Positions 17,708 through 25,439 of a DNA stretch of 64,000 nucleotides are shown piece after piece. The notes under the pieces were generated by a model. The model did not search any database and was not told the DNA's origin. It saw only the letters and a list, made by a program, of their open reading frames with translations. Numbering within the stretch: position 1 is the stretch's first letter; each line of letters opens with the position of its first letter. The stretch covers positions 120,640 to 184,639 of IMG/VR virus record IMGVR_UViG_3300045988_161114; one strand, written 5' to 3'. The DNA is from a virus. The position numbers and the translations under genes are program-made.

Positions 17708-18990
17708 AAAGCAATACAATACGGGGCGAGCGTAAGCGAGCCACTTTACCAATAAAGATTACAACAATACAGTGTCTATTATTTTTTGAGCATAAAAGAT
17801 ACTGGCTGCGATTTTATATATCGTTGTATACATATATATAAGTGAATTAAAAGCAATAGAAGAATAAATAGTATGTTTATATATAAGGTACAATACAGGT
17901 ATATATAACAGTAATACAATAGATAGATAAATAGCACATGTCCGGCGCGGCATGTGTTGTAATAAGTACAGTTATGAATAGTACAGATACGACAAAATTA
18001 CCGAATACTATAGATAAGTATACGGCGGGCGCTCCTATTTAAAGGATTCGTTAAAAAATTAAGTTGTTCACTAAGTGTATATACCAATAAATACAATAAG
18101 AAATAGTATATTACTAGGGATTATATCAAGCATACTGTATATGCTAATACCCACCGTGACCACACGATGTCGCTGGGGACGTAACCTTACAGCTTCACAG
18201 CCCAATTCAGGAACCAAGCATTGCTTATATAGTACACTTATTAGATATAAAACGCCGCTAATAAGTATAATACCTCTGTAGTGTATAAATAAATATACAT
18301 TGACAAAGAACCCTTTAAAAAGAATACAACAAGCACTGATGCGATACAGGAAATATAGAATAAGAAAAGGGATAAATTCTAATATATGTATGCCTTTCCA
18401 TGCACTTAAGGAGTTTATAGTCTCTCCAGTAGGACTACTCTCTAACAATATATATAAGTATAGTATATATAGTATAAGAATGCAATCCCTTAATTTTAAA
18501 ATTGTACTGATATCAGTTGTAGATGTAATTATTTTGACATCTAAAGCCACAGAGTGGCTTGTATTGTATCATCTTTTTGATCGCTGTACCAGGTACATGT
18601 ATCTTAAACTTCTTTAATTGGTATTTAGTATATAAGGAATACACTAAGTGTATTCAGTATTAAAAGTATATTTAGAATTTTAAAATATAGATTACATTTC
18701 ATAGTATTAAATAATTATATAAATTGCTGTAGTGTATTCTTATATATGTATATATGTGTATATGGTATTGTTTTATTGTATTAGGGCTATTTGTTAATAG
18801 CCTTTATTGTATTTTTATTTATTTATTCTTATATAGGTGTTTTTTATTATGATTAGTGTAGATTTAATTGTTGCTTTATTGTTTTATGTTTGTTCTATTT
18901 TTATTGTATATTTTATTTTATGTACAATTGATCAATAGAGAAATAAGTGGCGCGGGTATATGTATATATCACTGTAGTGCTTTATTTAAA
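17708..18990. other. AT-rich ORF-poor region with inverted iteron-like repeats (candidate replication origin or genome landmark)
   Basis: Only low-complexity ORFs on both strands. ATACAATA-type motifs occur on the plus strand at about 17.71, 17.91 and 18.09 kb. The reverse complement TATTGTAT occurs at about 18.78, 18.81 and 18.90 kb. CTGTAGTG(T/C) occurs three times. Small GC-rich islands are present. Confidence 0.4.
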
Positions 18991-19017
18991 TATCGACTTT
19001 AGTGTCGATATTTTATT
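18991..19017 (+). terminator. Conserved stem-loop element, copy 11
   Basis: tatcgac / gtcgata arms, tail TTTTATTGAT. Confidence 0.5.
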
Positions 19018-19045
19018 GATTTATTTTTATTAGTTTGGAGTAATT

Positions 19046-19168
19046 ATGCCACTATTTATTGAGTTAGTTCAAATTCTTTTAATTGTTATTGTTCTTTTTT
19101 GCATATTTTGTATGATTATCTTGACTTGTATTATTATTAAAAGTTTATATGATATTTATTTTAAATAA
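19046..19168 (+). CDS. Very small hydrophobic peptide (40 aa)
   Basis: GGAG RBS. Sequence: MPLFIELVQILLIVIVLFCIFCMIILTCIIIK.... Below the ORF-track cutoff. Confidence 0.45.
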   Translation: MPLFIELVQILLIVIVLFCIFCMIILTCIIIKSLYDIYFK

Positions 19169-19197
19169 CAAGAATATATTTGAATGGCAATATATAA

Positions 19198-19225
19198 GGT
19201 CGGCACAATAGTGTCGACTTTTTAT
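19198..19225 (+). terminator. Conserved stem-loop element, copy 12
   Basis: gtcggcac / gtgtcgac arms, loop aata, tail TTTTTATTGATTA. Confidence 0.6.
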
Positions 19226-19341
19226 TGATTAAATTTTATCCTGCGGGTCTATTATGATTAAGTTCATAGAAAATATGACATTGAATCAATACATGAAATT
19301 CTATGTCTTCCTTATTTTATTAATCTAAGAAAGGGTTAATT

Positions 19342-19455
19342 ATGGGACTTGAAACAGCTATTACAGTATACATGTCTGTACTGTTTGTCATCATGTTTTT
19401 AGGATGGTTAGCATTTACTGTCCTGGAAGGTTTTTTATTACAAAAGAAAGGATAA
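19342..19455 (+). CDS. Very small hydrophobic peptide (37 aa)
   Basis: AAGGG RBS. Sequence: MGLETAITVYMSVLFVIMFLGWLAFTVLEGFLLQKKG. Confidence 0.45.
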   Translation: MGLETAITVYMSVLFVIMFLGWLAFTVLEGFLLQKKG

Positions 19456-19458
19456 GTC

Positions 19459-19821
19459 ATGATTGGGCTTATTGTATTTGGATCACTAGTGACTAGTGTT
19501 GCCATTATTTCTATTTTGGCTAAGGCATCGCCGAAATTATTAAAACGTGTATTGGGATATGAAGCCTATGTTGATTTAGCATTTTCATTGCTGATTGGTA
19601 TGGCTTGCGGTTTTTCTGGTACTATGTCCGGTTTCGTAATTGGTGCAGCTACTGGTCTGATTTTTGGTGTTACTCTTTTTATTCTTGCGCGGGTTTATGG
19701 TTATGCTTGTTATGAAAAGCAGGAAGATGGTACCTATAAATGGGTTGAATATGAACCCAAGTTCAAGATCTCCAATTGGCTGTCTAAATATACCAATAAA
19801 AATATTGGTAAGTTTGCATAA
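19459..19821 (+). CDS. Membrane protein
   Basis: 120 aa with three or four TM segments. Confidence 0.7.
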   Translation: MIGLIVFGSLVTSVAIISILAKASPKLLKRVLGYEAYVDLAFSLLIGMACGFSGTMSGFVIGAATGLIFGVTLFILARVYGYACYEKQEDGTYKWVEYEPKFKISNWLSKYTNKNIGKFA

Positions 19822-19884
19822 GGTTTCATCATGACATTTTATCTTTTGTATTTGTTTTTAATTTCCATCTTTTAAGGTGAAAGT

Positions 19885-20127
19885 ATGAAAAAGTATTTCA
19901 TTGGTGCATCAACTATTGCACTTGCTCGTCTGCTTTATAAGAAAGATGGTAATATCTCTCTTACTAAAGTTTGTGCTATTCTTGGCATTTCTGTTTTTGT
20001 TATTTTGTATGCCCCGGGCGTACTTGAATTTTTTGTAACATTAGCAGTATTAGCTGTTTTTGGCTATGTTGCTTTTGGTATTGTTAAAGCTGTTATGGAC
20101 GGCAGCTTGTCAAAAATTTCTAAATGA
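19885..20127 (+). CDS. Small membrane protein
   Basis: 80 aa with an AAGGTG RBS and two TM segments. Confidence 0.65.
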   Translation: MKKYFIGASTIALARLLYKKDGNISLTKVCAILGISVFVILYAPGVLEFFVTLAVLAVFGYVAFGIVKAVMDGSLSKISK

Positions 20128-20178
20128 TAATTTCTCATTAATGATATATCATTTATATTTTGATCTTAAAGTTTTTGG

Positions 20179-20206
20179 AAATCGACCTTAGTGTCGATTT
20201 CTTTTT
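20179..20206 (+). terminator. Conserved stem-loop element, copy 13
   Basis: aaatcgac / gtcgattt arms, tail CTTTTTGATTA. Confidence 0.55.
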
Positions 20207-20240
20207 GATTATTTTTATTTTAATAGAAAAGGATTTTGTT

Positions 20241-20456
20241 ATGCTTCCATTTGATTATAAAAAAGCTTTGAGTGGCCGTCATTTATGCAAGCTTAAGAAT
20301 GGTATGTATGCAATTTTATATGCCGATATAAGCAATGATCCTCGTATTCCTAATGAACATGAATCCCCTTTATTAGGTATCGTATTTAACCTTGATAAAG
20401 TGTCATATCCTCAGCATTGGACTCTTTCAGGTAGATTTAAAGTCAATAGTGATTAA
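20241..20456 (+). CDS. Hypothetical small protein
   Basis: ATG at 20241 after an AAAGGA RBS. The upstream part of the track ORF overlaps hairpin copy 13. Confidence 0.6.
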   Translation: MLPFDYKKALSGRHLCKLKNGMYAILYADISNDPRIPNEHESPLLGIVFNLDKVSYPQHWTLSGRFKVNSD

Positions 20457-20486
20457 AACATTATTGGAATTCTTGACCCCCATGAA

Positions 20487-20690
20487 TTGGACACTGTTGA
20501 TGCGATCAGAATTTTAAAAGAGGCTTGCAAATCTAAAATGCCGGTACAATGGGATGGCTGTCTAATTGATAAGCCTCTTACTGTTGAAGAAGTGTATCCT
20601 AGTGGAAATTTTAAGCTGTCTTTTGGTAAATGGGTATATAATACCGACGGAAGCGAACTTCCGAATATTCGTATTGTTCATAAGGAGTAA
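20487..20690 (+). CDS. Hypothetical small protein (TTG start, uncertain)
   Basis: 67-aa ORF whose only in-frame upstream start is a TTG. Confidence 0.4.
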   Translation: MDTVDAIRILKEACKSKMPVQWDGCLIDKPLTVEEVYPSGNFKLSFGKWVYNTDGSELPNIRIVHKE

Positions 20691-21162
20691 CTATGGTTGC
20701 ACGTCCCAATTTAAAAATTCCACTACTGACAGTGCTCTCATTGATTCTGAAAAAGTATCTGATGCTGGCGTTAAATCTGATCCTCGTGATGAATCAAATT
20801 TTGATAAACCTAAGGACGGTACATTTATTAAGCCTGAAATGATTGTTGATTTTCATGGCAAATATTTTGTTACAGATCGTGGAATACAGGTTTATGTAGA
20901 TGCCAGATATTGTCATCATAAATGGCGGTATGAAGGCAGCTCTATACAGAAAGGTAAAGAAAAATTTGACATTTGGGATGTTAATGGATATTCTCCTGAT
21001 TCTGGTACTATTGTTGGTTTTAGTGATAGCAGCAAATACAATGCAGCGCATTGGGATGTTCCTAAGCATTGGAAAGAATATACCGATTACCATAAAACTG
21101 ATTGGGAAGAAATTGGGTTTCTTGAACACAAGAAACGCCAAGAGCGTTACTCCATGAATTGA
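20566..21162 (+). CDS. Hypothetical protein, start codon unresolved
   Basis: The frame is open from 20566, but the plausible protein (..DSEKVSDAGVKSDPRDE...HKWRYEGSS...) has no ATG before 20839. A good RBS+ATG at 20694 is in another frame. Confidence 0.5.
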   Translation: MISLLLLKKCILVEILSCLLVNGYIIPTEANFRIFVLFIRSNYGCTSQFKNSTTDSALIDSEKVSDAGVKSDPRDESNFDKPKDGTFIKPEMIVDFHGKYFVTDRGIQVYVDARYCHHKWRYEGSSIQKGKEKFDIWDVNGYSPDSGTIVGFSDSSKYNAAHWDVPKHWKEYTDYHKTDWEEIGFLEHKKRQERYSMN

Positions 21163-21170
21163 TTATAAAA

Positions 21171-21199
21171 GTTGACACAATAGTGTCAACTTTTTTTTT
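21171..21199 (+). terminator. Conserved stem-loop element, copy 14
   Basis: gttgacac / gtgtcaac arms. A compensatory C>T / G>A change keeps the family stem paired. Loop aata, then T9. Confidence 0.65.
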
Positions 21200-21223
21200 G
21201 GTTAAAATATTTTGGAGTCTATC

Positions 21224-21727
21224 ATGGATTTAATTGAAACTATCAAAGAAATGAATAAAGAAATGGCTGAAAAGTTTCCTGAAATAAATTATGGAGGCTG
21301 CGGTAAATCATCTTTTACTTTGTTTAATCTTCTTTCAAAGATAAAAGGTGTATCAAATGTTGGCATATCAGTAACTTGGTATAGAGATAATCATGATTGC
21401 GGTTATAATAAAATTCGTAAAATAAAAATTACAGACGATAATGTTATGCGCTGTATCGATAGCCACGATTGGGATCATATTATGGTTAAATTCAAATATA
21501 ATGGAAAAGTTTATTATGTCGATCCATTAAGAATTGTTCATGTAAAAGATCTCAAATCTAATAATTTAAATGCTCATTATGGCACTGTCAATGCTAATAG
21601 TATTATATATATTATCCGTAAATCAGGCGTTATTTGGAATTGGATATGGACTTCTGTTAAAAAAGATAATGAAGCCCGTCTTGTTATGAAAAAGTATTTG
21701 AGACCACATTTTAAGAAAGGAAAATAA
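21224..21727 (+). CDS. Hypothetical protein
   Basis: ATG after a TGGAG RBS. 167 aa. Confidence 0.7.
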   Translation: MDLIETIKEMNKEMAEKFPEINYGGCGKSSFTLFNLLSKIKGVSNVGISVTWYRDNHDCGYNKIRKIKITDDNVMRCIDSHDWDHIMVKFKYNGKVYYVDPLRIVHVKDLKSNNLNAHYGTVNANSIIYIIRKSGVIWNWIWTSVKKDNEARLVMKKYLRPHFKKGK

Positions 21728-21728
21728 A

Positions 21729-22154
21729 ATGTCACCAGAAAAGTTTAATTTCTTTTATCGGACTAATATCAAGTCCTATGAAAGATTTCTATCGACTATC
21801 AAGTTGAGCAATAAAATATTTGCTCAGCAAGAAAAAGCTTTGAATAAAGTATACTTTAGTCCTGCAAACTTTTTATACCCTAAATTATGGTTTAATTATT
21901 CTTTAAGTAATGATCTTTACTTTTTGAATAATGGTTTGTATTTTGAATCTCTGAAAATGATCGAATATTTTGGAATTAGTGATGATAATCCTATTCCAAA
22001 ATGTGACTTGAAAGCATTTATGCTTAGTGAGAACATTTCAAAGAATGCTAAAGGACGTATGCGTCACTTTTATGATATTCTTTGCCGCATTCATAATGAA
22101 ATTCAAAGATTTAAATCTTTTAAATTTGATTGCTATCCAGAATCCTGGTTCTGA
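21729..22154 (+). CDS. Hypothetical protein
   Basis: 141 aa. Starts 1 nt after the upstream stop. Confidence 0.7.
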   Translation: MSPEKFNFFYRTNIKSYERFLSTIKLSNKIFAQQEKALNKVYFSPANFLYPKLWFNYSLSNDLYFLNNGLYFESLKMIEYFGISDDNPIPKCDLKAFMLSENISKNAKGRMRHFYDILCRIHNEIQRFKSFKFDCYPESWF

Positions 22155-22164
22155 TTTAAAAATG

Positions 22165-22192
22165 TTCGGCACATTAGTGTCGAATATTTTTT
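22165..22192 (+). terminator. Conserved stem-loop element, copy 15
   Basis: ttcggcac / gtgtcgaa arms, loop atta, tail TATTTTTTGATTA. Confidence 0.6.
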
Positions 22193-22221
22193 GATTAAAA
22201 TCATTTTATTTGGAGTATGGT

Positions 22222-22533
22222 ATGTCTAGTTTTAAAAAGTTTGCAGTAGAATCATTGATTCCTGCTGTTATTACTGGTGTTTTTGCCATTGCTATTTTGG
22301 GTTTGCTTTTCTATTGGGCTTTAAATGCTACGCCGCGCCCGAAAGATAAAAAAGACAATCCAGTAAAACTTGAAAAAGTTGAAAAGCCTTTAACTGGAGT
22401 AAAGAACCATTTTTCTATTGATGGTTATAAATTCACTTCAACAAATGTTTGCATTGATGGTAAACAAATTCTTTTTGTACAGCAATTTGCAAAAGATTTT
22501 GTTGTACTTAACCTTAATGAACCCTGTAAATAA
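22222..22533 (+). CDS. Membrane-anchored protein
   Basis: ATG after a TGGAG RBS. N-terminal TM helix. Confidence 0.65.
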   Translation: MSSFKKFAVESLIPAVITGVFAIAILGLLFYWALNATPRPKDKKDNPVKLEKVEKPLTGVKNHFSIDGYKFTSTNVCIDGKQILFVQQFAKDFVVLNLNEPCK

Positions 22534-22545
22534 CGGAGACTTTAA

Positions 22546-22881
22546 ATGAAAAAATTGGCTATCGTAATTGCCGCATCTTTCGTATTAACTGCCTGTAACC
22601 CTTTTAAAGGCGAAACAAATAATCGTATGTATATCAATTCAAATTATTGGATTGAATCATATGTTGATCATGATAAAACTGTCTATCAAGAATGTGTAAA
22701 TGATATGGTTCCCGGCAAAGAGGCAAAAGCTTTGTGCCGCCCAATTGACAAATCTCATTTTGAAGATATGCAATATCAGCATATTAATCACTCTATTGAG
22801 ATGTCTAAAGCTGTAGATCGCAAAAATGATCGTGCAATTACAGCATTGGAACAATTGCCTGATAAAAAGGCTTCTGAATAA
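22546..22881 (+). CDS. Lipoprotein
   Basis: Signal peptide MKKLAIVIAASFVLTAC with an L-T-A-C lipobox. Confidence 0.7.
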   Translation: MKKLAIVIAASFVLTACNPFKGETNNRMYINSNYWIESYVDHDKTVYQECVNDMVPGKEAKALCRPIDKSHFEDMQYQHINHSIEMSKAVDRKNDRAITALEQLPDKKASE

Positions 22882-22892
22882 AAGTTAAAAAT

Positions 22893-22924
22893 AATCGGCG
22901 CGATATTAGTGTCGATTATTTTTT
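22893..22924 (+). terminator. Conserved stem-loop element, copy 16
   Basis: aatcggcgc / agtgtcgatt arms (G.T pairs), tail ATTTTTTGATTA. Confidence 0.55.
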
Positions 22925-22949
22925 GATTAAATTTTTTGGAATTTTTATC

Positions 22950-23276
22950 ATGAAATTTGTTTTTAAATCTACTTCGGAGTATGAAAAGAATGCTCCAGTA
23001 TATGCTGTTCGTGTTTTTACACCAATTCAATCTGGTGTAACAGATGAAGACATTGATTGGCTTTTGTTTGAATCTTCAAAAGATCGTGATACTTATATTA
23101 AGTGTCACAAAGAGTCAATAGATTCCTATTTGAAATCATTGTCTGTAGAAGACCCTGAAACTGAAGTGTTAACAACATGCCAACGGGCACATAAATTTGA
23201 TACTACCATGAGTATTGAAAATTGTAAGAAATATATTGGCTATACGCCGCAATTTATTATTTCTTCTGTTGCTTAA
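22950..23276 (+). CDS. Hypothetical protein
   Basis: The ATG at 22950 was chosen. The upstream part of the track ORF overlaps hairpin copy 16. Confidence 0.65.
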   Translation: MKFVFKSTSEYEKNAPVYAVRVFTPIQSGVTDEDIDWLLFESSKDRDTYIKCHKESIDSYLKSLSVEDPETEVLTTCQRAHKFDTTMSIENCKKYIGYTPQFIISSVA

Positions 23277-23301
23277 TAATGCTATTTAATTGGAGACTAA
23301 A

Positions 23302-23556
23302 ATGGCATTTAAAATATGGTCTTTCCCCAAAAGCTATAATCCTATGCTCGGCAATATAAGCTATAAGGAATTTAATGCTTTTATGGAAAAAATTAAAAAA
23401 CATCAATTAGAATACTTTACTTTAGGTAGTGCATTCTATATTGAATTCAAAATTGATAAGTTGTGCCCAAACGACGTACAGCTTCGAAAAGTTTTGTATT
23501 CTTTAAATGGTGGTCGCGCCATAGACTTTATTAAGTCTAACTTCAATTTAATTTAG
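23302..23556 (+). CDS. Hypothetical protein
   Basis: ATG after a TGGAG RBS. 84 aa. Confidence 0.65.
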   Translation: MAFKIWSFPKSYNPMLGNISYKEFNAFMEKIKKHQLEYFTLGSAFYIEFKIDKLCPNDVQLRKVLYSLNGGRAIDFIKSNFNLI

Positions 23557-23569
23557 AAAGGGCTTTAAA

Positions 23570-24085
23570 ATGAAAGCACAAAAAATTCAATTAAGTGTGG
23601 GCATGAATAAATATATGCCTTTGGAAATTGTTACTCATACTGGGAACAAAGGTTTCATTGGATCTATTCTTTCAGATGGCCAAGTCGCTATGGCAATTGG
23701 CTTTGTTTATTCAAAAACTCATGGTAAGATGCCTGTAGCATGGAATATGTATGGTGAATCTACCGATCGTGTTTCAGCACTCGGCCTTGGCGATATTAAG
23801 CCAACTAAAGATCTCTGTATTAAAGAAATTATTACAAAGATTCCCAAAGAGCCAAAAGAAACTGACGTTTTCAAACAAGCATTTGGTGCAATTAGCAAAG
23901 CTAATGGTGCCGAATCTAAAGCTGAAAAAAATCATTCAATTGACACTTTGCCTCAAGAAATTCAGGCTCATTTGTCTGAATTATTTAGCAAATTAGGCGA
24001 TGGTGTTGAAGTTAAAGCGTACATGGTGGATTCAGAAGGTAATCTTGTTAGCCTTGATAAACCTGAAAACGAAACCGTACACTGA
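23570..24085 (+). CDS. Hypothetical protein
   Basis: 171 aa with an AGAAAGGG RBS. Confidence 0.7.
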   Translation: MKAQKIQLSVGMNKYMPLEIVTHTGNKGFIGSILSDGQVAMAIGFVYSKTHGKMPVAWNMYGESTDRVSALGLGDIKPTKDLCIKEIITKIPKEPKETDVFKQAFGAISKANGAESKAEKNHSIDTLPQEIQAHLSELFSKLGDGVEVKAYMVDSEGNLVSLDKPENETVH

Positions 24086-24176
24086 AACAGATCGTAAGTG
24101 AAAAAACAACAAAATGGACTAACGCCACATCGTTGGTACGATTAGCTTCCATTTGAGATTTCCGATAGATAGGTTT

Positions 24177-24218
24177 GTGCGTTTTCCTTAAAAACGTACA
24201 CCTCCATTTCTTTTTTTT
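24177..24218 (+). terminator. Hairpin + T-tract, sequence variant of the conserved element
   Basis: gtgcgtttt / aaaacgtac stem, then ...TTTCTTTTTTTTGAAAG. Confidence 0.45.
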
Positions 24219-24237
24219 GAAAGTTTATTTATTTAAA

Positions 24238-24579
24238 ATGACTCAAACTAAAAAGGCCAAAGCACACGTTCGACGTGCCTTTGACCACAAATCTAAATCT
24301 AAACCTAAATTTGATGGCATTAAAGTGCCGAAAGTTGGTGATGATTTGATTATTGACATCAAACCTGTTTTGGATCAATTTGGTCCGACTGGTGTATATG
24401 AAAAATGCACTGGTAAAGGCGTTGGTGATGAAATTCTGACACGTAAGATTGTTTCGGTTGTTCAAATCGGAACTAAGCGCTTCGCAGTACGCGATTTTGC
24501 GCGTGAATTCTGGGTTGTGTACCCTAAAGGTGGTGCATGGTACCCGGATAAAAACCAACGTGTTCATTACGAAAATTAA
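24238..24579 (+). CDS. Hypothetical basic protein
   Basis: ATG at 24238 (MTQTKKAKAHVRR...). The upstream part of the track ORF overlaps the hairpin. Confidence 0.65.
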   Translation: MTQTKKAKAHVRRAFDHKSKSKPKFDGIKVPKVGDDLIIDIKPVLDQFGPTGVYEKCTGKGVGDEILTRKIVSVVQIGTKRFAVRDFAREFWVVYPKGGAWYPDKNQRVHYEN

Positions 24580-24836
24580 TGCATTAAATTGCATAAATTG
24601 ACGTAAAAAGCAATCAAAATTTGTATGCATCTATTTATATCGGGTTTACATTCGGTATAAGTGGTGCATACAAAAACAAAACTTTGTAGAATATTGAAAT
24701 ATAAAGAAATATTCTTATGTAAAAGTTTATTAAGAAGTGTATGCAATTTAAATAGCTCAATAAGCATGTAGTCATGCATCGGGTATATCAAACGACTTTT
24801 TTAACTGGGCCAAAGCATATTTTGTGTACATTTCTT

Positions 24837-25340
24837 AATGAGCTTTTGCTCATTTATTGCCGTAAAGGTGATATTTATTAAGATCGTTTGGACGCGGGTT
24901 CGACTCCCGCCAACTCCACCAAAAGACATTTCAAAGATGTTGATACTCTGAAAAGAGTTAGCGATTCCATATAGCCTATTTTTAACCCTATTACATTATT
25001 GCGATTGAGTTAAAATGTCTTATGAGATGTCTTCTGATGGGGTTGTAATGGAATTCGACAGGCGGTGAATAGGGATATTGCTCGGCACGAGTTGCTTCGT
25101 AAAAGCAAAATTAAAATAAATGCAAACGATGATGTTTACATGGTACGCGCCGCTGCCTAATTTAGGTAGTTGAGCATAAATGTACAGGGTTTGGACAGTA
25201 CCTGGTAACAGAAACTGTCCGAGAATTCTAACACTGCGGCTAGTGCACAGTGAGTTTCGTAATCGTCTACGATTGGGTAGAGCTGGAATCGTAACCAGCA
25301 ATTATAAAAGAGTAAATATGTTTGGGCATACCTAGTAACC
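24837..25340 (+). ncRNA. ssrA: Circularly permuted (two-piece) tmRNA gene: acceptor piece, spacer, coding piece
   Basis: 24890-24921 is GGACGCGGGTTCGACTCCCGCCAACTCCACCA (T arm + 3' acceptor strand + CCA). 25039 onward is GGGGTTGTAATGGAATTCGACAGG (tmRNA 5' end). GGGGTTG/CAACTCC pair with a G3.U70 wobble. Tag ORF: GCA at 25122, ANDDVYMVRAAA, TAA at 25158-25160. The outer ends are approximate. Confidence 0.7.
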
Positions 25341-25439
25341 AACTAGTGAAATTTAAACAAGCATATATTTTGTGGAAATAACTTAACCATATATCGGTAT
25401 ATACCGACTTTTTGCATGAGTTTTAAATACCTTAAGAAT

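Noticed and set aside
17759-18617. ORFs of 64-159 aa on both strands in the AT-rich region (e.g. 18071..18550 minus).
   Set aside because: They are Ile/Leu/Tyr low-complexity translations of TATA-rich DNA. They mutually overlap on both strands and lack an RBS. A real membrane protein cannot be fully excluded.
11883-22924. The conserved hairpin repeats as a CRISPR array.
   Set aside because: Spacing is irregular (about 40 nt to more than 3 kb). Each copy sits between protein genes. The repeats are palindromic terminator-like units with T-tracts. No cas genes are present.
24890-24921. The tmRNA 3' end as a mere attP/integration remnant of a host ssrA.
   Set aside because: A matching tmRNA 5' domain with a complementary acceptor strand (including G3.U70) and an intact tag frame lies 117 nt downstream on the same strand. 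No integrase is present.
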